DNA of 64,000 bases from assembly GCA_016189025.1 (NCBI GenBank), contig JACPGS010000019.1:16272-80271 (forward strand). The letters are read 5' to 3'. This document shows positions 26,079 to 35,917 of the stretch, piece by piece. The stretch's first letter is position 1; each line of letters starts with the position of its first letter. A program made the translations under genes and the position numbers. This stretch comes from Candidatus Magasanikiibacteriota bacterium. GTDB lineage: Bacteria; Patescibacteriota; Patescibacteriia; Magasanikbacterales; GWA2-37-8. Under the pieces are notes generated by a model. That model was not told where the DNA came from. It searched no databases and saw only the letters and a program-made list of their open reading frames with translations.

Positions 26079-26133
26079 TCCCTCGCTCATTTCGTAATTC
26101 ACAGCTCCTGAAGCTGATGTAGCCAGCAAAACA

Positions 26134-26159
26134 AAAACCCCGGCCGAGCGGGGTTTTTG
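26134..26159. terminator. Bidirectional rho-independent terminator between the convergent ldh and 26178..29573 genes
   Basis: aaaaaccccggc-cgag-cggggttttt. Confidence 0.6.
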
Positions 26160-26177
26160 AGTTTGCGGCGCCGCTGC

Positions 26178-29100
26178 TTAGTAAGTGAGGGTCTTGGCCT
26201 GAAGCGGCAAGTCGGTGCCCATGGCGGTTATGTTCGTAGAGACGCCATCACCCCAAGTAACCTGGCGGCTGCCGATGCGCACCGAGAGACTGGGATTCGG
26301 GTTGGTAGTCGTCTTGGTGGCCGCATCGGTGGTATCCAAGGTGATGTAAATCGTTTTGGAAGCGCCCGAGGAGATTTGGAAATCCGTAAAGTTAGCGTCC
26401 CTTAGGGCAGAATTGCCGCTGTTGGCGCTGGCGAAAGTCTGGGTGGCGGCGTAGTTGGTGGTAGCCAACTGGTTAGCGGTAGCCACGGAATCTTTGTACA
26501 CCGTCAGGGCGCGCGTTGCCCCTACTCCCGCCGCCTGCGAAATAGTAGTGCCGAAGTTGAAGTTCATCAACTGCACCATAGCAGTGTGGCCTTCCACATT
26601 CGCCTTGTTGATAATCGTAAAGATTCCCACGATCTGTGCGCTGTTCGGCGACGAAGCGCCGGTGGGAGAATTGGCATCCCAGCCCACAGTAAGCTTGGCG
26701 CGGTACAAGGTAGTGGTTGGAGCATAAGCACCACGGCTCAATCCGTATTGATTGGCGTTAGTAAGGAACGAGACGGTCGGGGTAATTGAAACGCCGGATT
26801 GCGTACCTACCGCAGTGAACGGCGTAATACTGCCGACATTGAAGGCCGAAAGAATTACGGGTTCAACTGTTTGTCCGGTGGAAGCGGCACCGAGTTCGCC
26901 AAAGGCGGTAAAGTCAACCACCAGTTTAATCTTCTTCGTCGCTCCTTTCGGAACCTCTAAATTGAGGCCGGTGAAGGTGGCGTGCGAGTAGGTGCTGGTG
27001 GCCGCCGCGGTGCCGGCGACGCTGTCGCTGAAAGCAGACACCGTGCCGCCAATCTGGGCGTCGGTAGCATCATCCACCAGCCTGACATTTTTCATGGTAC
27101 CGGTGGCGCCGGGGCTGAACCGCGCGCTTACCACAAACTGGGTAATCTTAATTGGTTCCGTGGAGCTCGCTTGCAGAGCGAACTTGGCAATCGTCTGATT
27201 AATATCGCCCATCAGGTAGTTGTTGGCTACCGGCGAATCCGAGTCTACGGAAGCCATAAAGGCGCCCGACGAAGAGATTTCCACATTCTGCAGCCGGATG
27301 GTCTGACCGACTAAGCTGGCGGAGGCTCCGGTGGTCTTGCCAGTAGCGGTTACCCCTGTCAGGTTCATGAGGGGGGTTGCCGTAAGCGTGGTGGTCTTAA
27401 TATCCGCATACACATCCACCGTGTACTGCCCGCCGTTGGTAATGCTTACTGCTGGCGAAACATTATAGGTGAAAGTATTGACCGTGGCACAGGTTGTTGC
27501 CGGGTTCAACTCTTGGCCCAGCTTTTTACCGGTGGAATCCTTCAGCGTTAGGTACTGCAAGTAAGTGCCGGTACAGGTATAGGCGGTGCGGTCGGCCAGG
27601 GTAATCTGCGAAACTTCCACGTCTTCGCCGGCGCCGGCCGTAATGACAAACGAAGCTACTTTAATCTGGGCAGCATTAACAGTACCGGTAGGATTGTCGG
27701 CCGATTTGTCGCCAAAGGCTGTGTTCATTGCCAGACTGACGGTGCCGGAGCGTACCGTTAGGGGGTTTCCGGTTTGCATAGCGGTATTAATGCTCCCCAG
27801 CGAAAGCATGCCATAGGCATTATGGTAACCTGCCGATAAGGCAATAGTAATTATTTCGCCGGCGTCGATGCTGGTATGGGTGAGGTCAGCGACAATAGTT
27901 ACCGTAGCCGTGGCGCCGGCTTTAAGGATAAAACTATTGCCGAAACTGCCCCAGCCATTGTGGGGCGCGCCATTGGCAGTAAGCATGGGTATAGTAGAAC
28001 CAACCTGCGATCCATCAACCTTGAGCCGGACATTGACTAAAGCATTATCCTGGCTGCCGCCTGAGGTGGAAGATACGTTTAAACTGCTGATTTTAATATC
28101 TTCGCCATTCGCTTGCCATAAGAATTTGGCCAGCACTAGATTGGTTGCGCTGTCCGGCACGATACCGGTGGGAGCATCGGCGGCAGTGGTTTGCGCCAGC
28201 GTGCCGGCGCTGAAACCGCCGGCGGTTCTTAATAATAAATTATCCAGCCGGCCGGTGCCGTAGGCCGAGAAGTATTGAATCCCAAGAATGCGAGTGTTAG
28301 GCGAGTAGGCCGATACATCTTGCTGTAAGTCGCGGGCAATGGTATGCCAGGCGCTGTTGGCGACGGTAGGGTCAATTTGGTAATATAAGGTATTGCCGCG
28401 CCAGCCGGGGATGTTATTAGTGGCGTAAGAAAGATATAGATACCCGTTGTTAAGGTCCGTGTAATCGGTTTTTAGCATGATCAGGAAATTGGCCTGATTC
28501 TGGTATTTGAAGTCCCACTGTAACACTGGGAAATTAGGGAATTGCCAGGGATTATTGGCCGGAGCGTAAAACACCATTCTGACCGAAGGGGAGCTGGCGG
28601 TCAGCGAGATTACCCGGCCATGCGCCGGATCTTCATCCACTATATTCTGAATTACCGAAGTAGTGCCGCTCGGATGAATAAACCAGGGATTGGTGTCGCC
28701 GTCACTGCCGTCTTCGTAGATTACCGAAGACAGAGGCGCGTTCGCGGAAAAATTCGCCACCACATCAGTACCGGCCGCATCAACGGTTACTGCCACATTG
28801 GGGAAAGTATATCCTTGCTTTTGCGCTACTAACTGATAATTGCCTGGCGGCAGGCCGGGCAACCCATAGCGGCCGGTCGCATCAGTTAACACACTGGCAT
28901 TGCCCGCCACTCCCACCGCTACTCCGGAGAGCGGATTATTTTGACTATCCGTGACCGTACCGGAAACCGTAGCCAAGGGCACTGTTTTTAAGAGCGCTAG
29001 ATTGTCTATCCGGCCAGTGCCATAACTAGAGAAGTATTGAATGCCGAGAATGGTAGTGCCCTGGGCATAGGCCGCCACGTCAGCCTGCAGATTGCGGGTT

Positions 29101-29573
29101 AAGGTGTGCCAAGCCCCATCGGCCAAGGAGAGATCAAGTTTGTAATAGAAAGTATTGCCGCGCCAGCCCGGAGTATTATCGGTGGCATAAGAAAGATAAA
29201 GATAGCCATTATTGATGCTGGTGTTATCGGTTTTAAGCATGACGAGGAAATTGGCGCGACTCTGGTATTTATAATCCCACTGGAGGATAGGGAAGCTGGG
29301 GAATTGCCAGGTGTTATTGGCGGGAGCGTAAAACACCATCCGTACCGAAGGAGAGCTGGCGGTAAGTGAGATTACCCGATCGTGAGCCGGGTCTTCATCC
29401 ACTATATTCTGAATTACCGAAGTGGTGCCGCTAGGATGAATAAACCAGGGGGCGGTGTCGCCGTCACTGCCGTCTTCGTAGACGACAATGTCGGCGGCCT
29501 GCGCCGGGAGGGGTGAATTTAACAAAACCAGGGCGAGCGTTAGGAGGGCGCTTAAATAGCGGCGGAATAGCAT
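26178..29573 (-). CDS. Large secreted protein (1131 aa). It has two N-terminal copies of an uncharacterised ~190-aa module, each followed by a carboxypeptidase-regulatory-like (CarbopepD_reg) beta-sandwich. The rest is a Thr/Ser/Ala/Val-rich beta-repeat region.
   Basis: Signal peptide 'LLTLALVLLNSPLPAQA'. Module copies start 'VVYEDGSDGDTAPWFIHPSGTTSV…' and 'VIYEDGSDGDTNPWFIHPSGTTSV…', and end 'YFSSYGTGRIDNLALL'. 'TVSGTVTDSQNNPLSGVAV…TDATGRYGLPGLPPGNYQLVAQKQGYTF' is CarbopepD_reg-like. Confidence 0.7.
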   Translation of the reverse strand: MLFRRYLSALLTLALVLLNSPLPAQAADIVVYEDGSDGDTAPWFIHPSGTTSVIQNIVDEDPAHDRVISLTASSPSVRMVFYAPANNTWQFPSFPILQWDYKYQSRANFLVMLKTDNTSINNGYLYLSYATDNTPGWRGNTFYYKLDLSLADGAWHTLTRNLQADVAAYAQGTTILGIQYFSSYGTGRIDNLALLKTVPLATVSGTVTDSQNNPLSGVAVGVAGNASVLTDATGRYGLPGLPPGNYQLVAQKQGYTFPNVAVTVDAAGTDVVANFSANAPLSSVIYEDGSDGDTNPWFIHPSGTTSVIQNIVDEDPAHGRVISLTASSPSVRMVFYAPANNPWQFPNFPVLQWDFKYQNQANFLIMLKTDYTDLNNGYLYLSYATNNIPGWRGNTLYYQIDPTVANSAWHTIARDLQQDVSAYSPNTRILGIQYFSAYGTGRLDNLLLRTAGGFSAGTLAQTTAADAPTGIVPDSATNLVLAKFLWQANGEDIKISSLNVSSTSGGSQDNALVNVRLKVDGSQVGSTIPMLTANGAPHNGWGSFGNSFILKAGATATVTIVADLTHTSIDAGEIITIALSAGYHNAYGMLSLGSINTAMQTGNPLTVRSGTVSLAMNTAFGDKSADNPTGTVNAAQIKVASFVITAGAGEDVEVSQITLADRTAYTCTGTYLQYLTLKDSTGKKLGQELNPATTCATVNTFTYNVSPAVSITNGGQYTVDVYADIKTTTLTATPLMNLTGVTATGKTTGASASLVGQTIRLQNVEISSSGAFMASVDSDSPVANNYLMGDINQTIAKFALQASSTEPIKITQFVVSARFSPGATGTMKNVRLVDDATDAQIGGTVSAFSDSVAGTAAATSTYSHATFTGLNLEVPKGATKKIKLVVDFTAFGELGAASTGQTVEPVILSAFNVGSITPFTAVGTQSGVSITPTVSFLTNANQYGLSRGAYAPTTTLYRAKLTVGWDANSPTGASSPNSAQIVGIFTIINKANVEGHTAMVQLMNFNFGTTISQAAGVGATRALTVYKDSVATANQLATTNYAATQTFASANSGNSALRDANFTDFQISSGASKTIYITLDTTDAATKTTTNPNPSLSVRIGSRQVTWGDGVSTNITAMGTDLPLQAKTLTY
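28160..29500 (-). repeat. Two tandem copies of the ~190-aa 'YEDGSDGDTxPWF…YFSAYGTGRIDNL' module (protein-level repeat, roughly 60-90% aa identity)
   Basis: Aligned by eye against the six copies in 39225..41225 and 53160..55150. Confidence 0.6.
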
Positions 29574-29724
29574 ATTAACCAGGCGAATTAAAGGTTATTT
29601 AGGCGGGTTGTAACCGCGTTTTGTTCGCTAAAGATAGTAAACGACAAATTATAGCATAAGTCAATGCCGGCGTCAAGGGCAGGCAGAGGCGGTGGAGTTA
29701 TCCGCAGGTATCCCTTGGCAACAT

Positions 29725-29796
29725 GTCATTCCCGCCGCAAGCGGGAATCCAGTATCGGTGAGCGACTGGATCCCCGTTTTGACGGGGATGACAAAT
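29725..29796. repeat. Intergenic copy of the MITE/RPE-like element found in valS
   Basis: gtcattcccgccgcaagcgggaatccagtatcggtgagcgactggatccccgttttgacggggatgacaaat. The spurious ORFs 5943..6125(-) and 29673..29855(-) both translate it to 'GIQSL.GTGFPL…'. Confidence 0.6.
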
Positions 29797-29837
29797 AGTG
29801 GGTGAACCAAACGCCATGATTTACGTCGCAATGGGAT

Positions 29838-29880
29838 ACGTGTGGAGTTATCCACAAGTACACCTTGACGGGTTAACTAT
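29838..29880 (+). promoter_or_regulatory. Second copy of the GAGTTATCCACAAGTACACCTTGAC motif (DnaA-box-like TTATCCACA plus a -35-like element) upstream of the transglutaminase-like giant gene
   Basis: Compare 19860-19885. A degenerate copy lies at 29694-29720 (gagttatccgcaggtatcccttggcaac). Confidence 0.4.
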
Positions 29881-30010
29881 AAAGAATTACTCTTAAAGTA
29901 GAAAAGATGTTTCGGTCGGGCTGGTTGGTTCGTTTTCCTTGCCCTTGCTTTTGTTATTGCTAAAGAGGTATACTAGGGTGGAGAGCGCACAAAATTTAAG
30001 TTTTTCAGGT

Positions 30011-33000
30011 ATGACGACAGCAGCCAGGCGAATCATTGTTTGGGCAGTCATTGTCCAGTTAGTTTTTTTGCCGCTGGCGCCGCTCTGGGCGCAAGAAGCG
30101 GCAGTTGCCCCGTCGGGCAGCGTTCCCCAGGCCAGCGCCCCTGATTCTTTTGGCGCCGCCTCTCTGTTACCATCAGTTAATACCGGCACGTTAAATGTTG
30201 CCGGTTTTAATTTACCGGCTGATTCCACCGCCGCTGCCCCCAGTACTACTATTAATATCGTTAATCCTGGCAATCTCGGCAGCGATAATCAAGTCGGCAA
30301 TGCGGCGCCGGAGATGGCAACTTCCACCCCCGCAGGAGCGGCCACTCCCTTGCCTTCCTATTCGTCTTTAATGCGCCAGGTCAAAGACATCAAAGCAGGC
30401 AAGATTAAGAATGATGGATCAGTCGCTGCCGCATTTAAAGCCTTTATTGAAGCGGAAGAGAAAAAATTGGATCAGCTGGGGGTGGATTCAGATAAGCAAG
30501 AGCGATATTTTACCTTGCTTAAACAGCAATGGCGCGCGGTGGGCGGCAGTCCCGCTTTAACGACTTGGGAAAAGGCTTCGCAAAAATTACGCGGAATTTT
30601 TGGCCTGACCGAAACCACCGAAGAAGCGGCCACGCCGCCGGAGGACAACATCTTAATTCCCCGGCAGCCCGGCTCGTTTAAATTTAATGATGAGAAAATA
30701 ATCGTTGAATCTCTAAATAGCGCGGCCAATAAACCGAAGCCGGCGCCCTTAAGCTGGTGGCGCAATATTTTTTGGGTTGACTCGGCAGTAGCGGCCGATG
30801 ACCCGAATTTACCCCAACTGGCGGACGTTCAACCAGACAATGGCGAGGTGGTGATTAACTCGGAAATAATGGATTTAGCCGGTTCCCTCAATAATAATCC
30901 GGTGAAGATTTTGAACTATGTAAGAAATAATGTTAGTTACGTACCGTATTATGGCGCCAAAAAAGGGAGCCTCGGTTGTTTAAGAGAAAAAGTTTGCAAT
31001 GATGTGGACGCCTCGTCTTTGCTGATTGCTCTCTTGCGTGCCGGCGGTATCCCCGCTCGCTATAAAAAAAGTCTGGCGCTGTTTCCGGTGGGCCAGCTAA
31101 ACAATTTTCTGGGGGTAGATGAAACCAAAACTGCTTTTGCGGCGCTGGCTTTGAATAAAGTGCCGGTGTACACCATCAACAGCGTTAATGCCGGCAAAAC
31201 CCTGGCGGATGCCGATTTTTCCCTGGAAACCCAATTAGCCGTGGAATGGGTATTTGCGGAGGCTTTTTATGATTATGACCAGCGCGGCGGCGATATTGAT
31301 AATCAGCTTAGTTTTACCGATGCCACCACTACGGCGGCAGTGCAGCTGGCACTCGGCGGATCTCCCAAAAAACAATGGCTGGCGCTGGACGCAGTGGTTA
31401 AGCCGTCTACCCGCCTAAAAAAAGAAATCGTCGCGGATACGGCGCAGTTTGATACCCAGAGTTTTTGGAACAACTATCTTTCCTATCAAGGCAGTTTATC
31501 GCCGCTTAATAAATATATTGATGATCTTGCCAGCGCTACCGGCAAAAATATTACTGATCCGGCTTATCAGTCGGTGAAAATCCCCGCCAGCGCGGATTTG
31601 CCCTATCTGCCCCCCACTTTGCCGTATTATACCCGCACCGGTTCAGTGGGCGGTTCGCTAATCCAGCCCGAGGCCTGGTCGGTGTTGCCTGCTAGTTTAC
31701 GTCAGCAGGTAACCATCAGTTTGCGCAAAGCGGCGGATAATAGTGTAGTGTTGCAGCATACTTTTTTTGGCAATGAAATCAATAATGTGGAGTTGAATTT
31801 GAATTATGAAGGCGCCACCGACCAAGACCGGCAAATTATTGACAGCTATGGCGGTATTGCCTATACGCCGGCGGCTTTGGCCAGCCTTAAGCCGTATTTA
31901 GAAAGCGAGGGAGCGCGCTATGATTCCACCGCCGTTCTCCAGGTTGGCGATACCCTGATTCTGGAGTTTAATTATTTAGTGCAAGGACAAAGCGTTTATT
32001 TAGACGAAAAGTTTTCCCTGGCCGGCAATCAAGAGGGTATTTATATCGTATTATCCAAAGTTCAGGATGACCCGGCGCTAGATACCAATTCTCATATTCT
32101 GTTGCGCGGCAACACCGGGCTGGCGCGCAAGTATTTACTGCAAGATGAGCAGAGCGGTAGGTTGTTGGGAAAGTCGCTGGATTATGAGTTTCATTTCTCT
32201 TTTGTGCGCGCGGTGGTAACGCAAAACCGCGTGCTTGCCAAGGTCAACGGTCTGCCCACCACCTTTGACTTCCAGGGGCTGACCTTGGATTCCAGCACCT
32301 ATATTACCGACTATTCCAATCGCGGCGATTACCGCACTCACCAAAAAGATTTCCGGCTCCTGTGGGGGCTGAACAGCTCGTATTACGAGGGGCAGCTACT
32401 GGAAGATATTACCGGTTTGCAGAGCATTGCTACGGTCCAGGGATTGCAGTACGCCTACGCCCACCCGGCCGATTACACTGTTTATACCATCGCCAGCACC
32501 ACGCCCAATTACCAGTCGCTGGTAAGTTCGCTGGCGCTGTCTGACGCCACGAAAAACAACATAATTTGGGAAATCCAGCAGGGCAATACCGTGATTACGC
32601 CCGATAAAATAATCACTGACGGCATTTGGCGAGGCGTGCTTTATATTGTTCGGCGCCCGGATTTTACCGCCCAGTTCGCGATTGGCGAGCAGGTGAGCAA
32701 TGGGGGGTGGACGACGGATGGATACGAGATAATTTTGGTGTTAATTGATGGCAAGGAGTACGCGCGCTTTAAGAATGAGGGAGTAAACGATAATTTTGTA
32801 TTTGCTGATGGCATCTTTGGTGCTGATGATAAAAAATGTCGCATGCCTAAGACACAGTTTTTGGGTATTATGAATAATCAGAATAATGAAGGCTGGCAAC
32901 CGGCATATGGTCTACCTTGCTTGACTGAAACCAAACAGTTTGGCTCGGTAAATCATACCTATATTTTAACCACCGAGGCGGCTAAATTCTACAGTCCAAG

Positions 33001-34639
33001 TAAGTATGATTATTGGGTAACAGAAGCGAATGCTAAGAATATTTTGAGCAATGATAAGGATAAGGACAATACCGAAAACTTGAGTGATATTAAGTTAGAT
33101 AGTACTTTTAAATTTAACCCTATCGCTGGGACATATTCTTGGTTCGGGCACTATGGCTGGCGAGGCAAAATGATCACCGCCTATTATCAACCTACCAGCC
33201 AGGGTGGAGCGGGGCGCATGGTTTATGGCGATATTTTAGATAAACTTACGCAAGCGCACTTTAATCCCCAGAGCTATCTTTGTTCTTCACGAGACACCTA
33301 TTGCGGAAAGGAGAACTATGTGTTGAATACGATAGGTTTTCCCACTGGGAACAAAAGAGTAGCGGCACCATTCATTATAAATTGGGGGATTGACACCCAA
33401 GGTTATTATCAGGATTTTATCGGCGGACAGGTATATGTAAAAACCAGCGGTAGAAATAAAATTTACTATGTTCCCGGCAAAATTTCAGAGTATTACAATA
33501 ACCAGCAGAACTGCCGCCTAGTTAATGGTCAAACAGTCTGCGGCAGTGGAGGGGTGTTTGGGTTTCCCACCAGTGACCCTTATCTAAAAAACGACAAAAT
33601 TACCTTAAAACAAACTTTTGAGAGCGAAGCAATTGTGTGGAATACGCAAACTGGTGCCACCGGCCCTGAATATGCCGCCTATTATTATTGTGATGAAGTT
33701 GATACCAATAGTAATTTTATCATCGGCAAAGCACTTCTGCATGGTTTATGGGACGGCGGAAGTTCTTTAGCCAAAGGCGCGATTATTTTTGGCGCCACCG
33801 CCTTTGCCGCCGGGGCCACAATTGATTTTGTATTTGGCACTCATGGCGGCGCCACCATTGCCGCTTGGAGTGCCATTGGTATTGGAGCCACAATAGGTGT
33901 GGCAGAGGTTTATCGGCAGGGAGTTAGTAATGTTTTTGCCAATGTCGACCAACGAATTCAATATGAATTTGAGCATTCCAACTGTACAGCCCGTAAAGCA
34001 TATTTGTTTTCCCGGTATGTGCCAGAAGCGGCAGTGATAGTTTTGGGGATTAAGGATTTAGCTGTTAAAACACCGTCTGAATTACGCGGTATCACTCTTA
34101 CTAATAATATTTTTACTGCTTCCCAAAGCGAGGTCTTGCCGAGGATGAAGAGTGCGTTTATTCAGAATTTGGGCTTTTTTGACAGAGTATTCAGAAGAGG
34201 TGAGGCGGATAGAACAAAAATTATTGAGGATATTGATCTAAAAGTGCAGTCTGAATTGGCGACACAGACTAAGATAAAGGGCACATCATTGACACAAGAA
34301 GAAGAGAGTTCGGTAATAACCAAAGAGTATACAAAAGACTTATCACAAAATAAGTTAGTTGTTAAGAAAATTACAGAAGAAGTGGAACCGACACTAGATC
34401 GAATCACCCGAGGGGAAAAGTATCCCTGGCAAAATGATGGCAGTATATATAAAAATATTTCCCCAGCTGATAGCGGGAGGCCGCCAATCATGAATGATCC
34501 TAATTATTATACTGAGTATGTACACCCCACATATGGTTTGCAATTGGGTGACCCAGGGCTACAAAGGGTGATTATTGGTAAGGGTGGAGAAGTTTATTTT
34601 ACCGCCGATCATTATCACAATTTTATCCGACTAAAATAG
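30011..34639 (+). CDS. Giant secreted protein (about 1540 aa from the Met at 30011; the ORF is open from 29939). It has a transglutaminase-like cysteine-protease core, a C-terminal glycine-zipper/TM-like segment and an AT-rich C-terminal ~250-aa module. Polymorphic-toxin-like architecture.
   Basis: Signal peptide 'RRIIVWAVIVQLVFLPLAPLWAQEA'. 'GSLGCLREKVCNDVDASSLLIALLRAGGIPARY' matches the transglutaminase-like core (the catalytic Cys followed by the ALLRAxGIPAR motif). 'GAIIFGATAFAAGATIDFVFGTHGGATIAAWSAIGIGATIGVA' is a glycine-zipper. GC content drops sharply from about 33.0 kb to the end. Confidence 0.6.
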   Translation: MTTAARRIIVWAVIVQLVFLPLAPLWAQEAAVAPSGSVPQASAPDSFGAASLLPSVNTGTLNVAGFNLPADSTAAAPSTTINIVNPGNLGSDNQVGNAAPEMATSTPAGAATPLPSYSSLMRQVKDIKAGKIKNDGSVAAAFKAFIEAEEKKLDQLGVDSDKQERYFTLLKQQWRAVGGSPALTTWEKASQKLRGIFGLTETTEEAATPPEDNILIPRQPGSFKFNDEKIIVESLNSAANKPKPAPLSWWRNIFWVDSAVAADDPNLPQLADVQPDNGEVVINSEIMDLAGSLNNNPVKILNYVRNNVSYVPYYGAKKGSLGCLREKVCNDVDASSLLIALLRAGGIPARYKKSLALFPVGQLNNFLGVDETKTAFAALALNKVPVYTINSVNAGKTLADADFSLETQLAVEWVFAEAFYDYDQRGGDIDNQLSFTDATTTAAVQLALGGSPKKQWLALDAVVKPSTRLKKEIVADTAQFDTQSFWNNYLSYQGSLSPLNKYIDDLASATGKNITDPAYQSVKIPASADLPYLPPTLPYYTRTGSVGGSLIQPEAWSVLPASLRQQVTISLRKAADNSVVLQHTFFGNEINNVELNLNYEGATDQDRQIIDSYGGIAYTPAALASLKPYLESEGARYDSTAVLQVGDTLILEFNYLVQGQSVYLDEKFSLAGNQEGIYIVLSKVQDDPALDTNSHILLRGNTGLARKYLLQDEQSGRLLGKSLDYEFHFSFVRAVVTQNRVLAKVNGLPTTFDFQGLTLDSSTYITDYSNRGDYRTHQKDFRLLWGLNSSYYEGQLLEDITGLQSIATVQGLQYAYAHPADYTVYTIASTTPNYQSLVSSLALSDATKNNIIWEIQQGNTVITPDKIITDGIWRGVLYIVRRPDFTAQFAIGEQVSNGGWTTDGYEIILVLIDGKEYARFKNEGVNDNFVFADGIFGADDKKCRMPKTQFLGIMNNQNNEGWQPAYGLPCLTETKQFGSVNHTYILTTEAAKFYSPSKYDYWVTEANAKNILSNDKDKDNTENLSDIKLDSTFKFNPIAGTYSWFGHYGWRGKMITAYYQPTSQGGAGRMVYGDILDKLTQAHFNPQSYLCSSRDTYCGKENYVLNTIGFPTGNKRVAAPFIINWGIDTQGYYQDFIGGQVYVKTSGRNKIYYVPGKISEYYNNQQNCRLVNGQTVCGSGGVFGFPTSDPYLKNDKITLKQTFESEAIVWNTQTGATGPEYAAYYYCDEVDTNSNFIIGKALLHGLWDGGSSLAKGAIIFGATAFAAGATIDFVFGTHGGATIAAWSAIGIGATIGVAEVYRQGVSNVFANVDQRIQYEFEHSNCTARKAYLFSRYVPEAAVIVLGIKDLAVKTPSELRGITLTNNIFTASQSEVLPRMKSAFIQNLGFFDRVFRRGEADRTKIIEDIDLKVQSELATQTKIKGTSLTQEEESSVITKEYTKDLSQNKLVVKKITEEVEPTLDRITRGEKYPWQNDGSIYKNISPADSGRPPIMNDPNYYTEYVHPTYGLQLGDPGLQRVIIGKGGEVYFTADHYHNFIRLK

Positions 34640-34662
34640 CGGCGGCAGATTGCTTAAAGTTA

Positions 34663-35313
34663 TTGTTTTTATCTATCACTATTATGGAAAATTTTGCAGA
34701 TTTGAAGAAATTTGAAAATCGTGAGTCTCTGAAAAGAGATTTAGAAAATCGGGGTATTATTTTTAGTGATGGTTTAACTGGCCAAGAGATTACGCATGCG
34801 GAGAAAAAATTTAAGTTTAATTTTCCGCCCGACTTAAAAATGTTTCTTCAACATGCATTGCCAATCGCTAGAAAAGAGCGAGATGAATCGTTTTTTCCCG
34901 ATTGGAGGCATTTGAATAGTGATAGTTTGAATTTTTATATGGGTCTTCCATTAGAGGGAATATTGTTTGATGTTGAAAACAATAACTTCTGGTTGCCTGA
35001 ACTGGAACAGAAACCGCAAGATAGCGAGAAAGCAAAAAAGATTATGATTGAAGCTGTTAATAAAGCCCCAAAATTGATTCCTATTTATGCACACCGGTAT
35101 CTTCCCGCTGAGCCGCTTGAAGAAAATAACCCTATTTTTAGCGTGCATCAGACGGACATTATTTATTACGGATCATATTTGTATGATTATTTTCAAGTCG
35201 AATTTAATAAAAGGGTCTATGCAAGTAGTGGCGTAAAGCCGAAAAAAATAAAATTTTGGAGTGCAATTATAGAAAGCAATACCGGCCGGAGTGAATCGAT
35301 GCTGGCTCCATAG
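34663..35313 (+). CDS. SUKH/SMI1-KNR4-like immunity-protein candidate
   Basis: 'GLTGQEITHAEKKFKFNFPPDLKMFLQH' resembles the SUKH N-terminal 'I..aEk.lg..lP.dyk.FL' motif. It lies immediately downstream of the AT-rich C-terminus of the giant protein and shares its composition. Confidence 0.4.
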   Translation: MFLSITIMENFADLKKFENRESLKRDLENRGIIFSDGLTGQEITHAEKKFKFNFPPDLKMFLQHALPIARKERDESFFPDWRHLNSDSLNFYMGLPLEGILFDVENNNFWLPELEQKPQDSEKAKKIMIEAVNKAPKLIPIYAHRYLPAEPLEENNPIFSVHQTDIIYYGSYLYDYFQVEFNKRVYASSGVKPKKIKFWSAIIESNTGRSESMLAP

Positions 35314-35566
35314 TCCCGCTATAACCACCGCCACGATAATTTGCCACTCTGTCGATGTCCATTATGGTCAAGATTATAGCTATTTTGGTGGTCAAAAAGC
35401 AGCACAAGCGATATTAAATGGCAATGTGGTGTATTTGGTAGGTAATGATGTGTTGAAAATATATAATGCACAGGGTGGCGTTTGTGGGATATTAGGGTCA
35501 CCAATTAGCGAGTTTGATTCTGTCACTAGATCGCAACGTTTCGAAAACGGTGTTATATCGTTATAG
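35291..35566 (+). CDS. Small hypothetical ORF (91 aa), possibly a second immunity/orphan module
   Basis: Open frame, AT-rich, overlaps the previous gene's end. No motif. It could be spurious. Confidence 0.25.
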   Translation: MNRCWLHSPAITTATIICHSVDVHYGQDYSYFGGQKAAQAILNGNVVYLVGNDVLKIYNAQGGVCGILGSPISEFDSVTRSQRFENGVISL

Positions 35567-35596
35567 TAACTACTCTCATTTTCATTTATTACACAT

Positions 35597-35914
35597 ATGT
35601 TAGAAAAAATGCACAGTAAAATTTACCATCTATTCATGCCGAATATTTATAAGATTGTTATATTTATTATAATGAGCTTTATCACAATTTATGCTATAGG
35701 AATTTCTTTTTCCCTTGCGTTGACGGATGTGGAGGAAAAATTTAGCACAATCAACGGCATTATTAGCATATTTTTTGTATGGCCGTTATTGGCTATCGGC
35801 AATTTGATAGCGGGCTTAAGTTTAAATATCATATATATTTATATATTGAGTTGCATAATCTATTTTTCATTATTCTGGTTAAAAAATAAGCTGAAACAAG
35901 AAAAAGAAAATTAG
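35597..35914 (+). CDS. Small membrane protein with 3 predicted TM helices, hypothetical
   Basis: 'IYKIVIFIIMSFITIYAIGISFSLAL', 'IISIFFVWPLLAIGNLIAGL' and 'IIYIYILSCIIYFSLFWL'. Very AT-rich. Confidence 0.4.
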   Translation: MLEKMHSKIYHLFMPNIYKIVIFIIMSFITIYAIGISFSLALTDVEEKFSTINGIISIFFVWPLLAIGNLIAGLSLNIIYIYILSCIIYFSLFWLKNKLKQEKEN

Positions 35915-35917
35915 TAT

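Noticed and set aside
25917-26111. ORF 25917..26111 (64 aa) after ldh
   Set aside because: It starts at TTG, spans the nested hairpin element and terminator, and has no RBS. It is most likely non-coding structured DNA/RNA.
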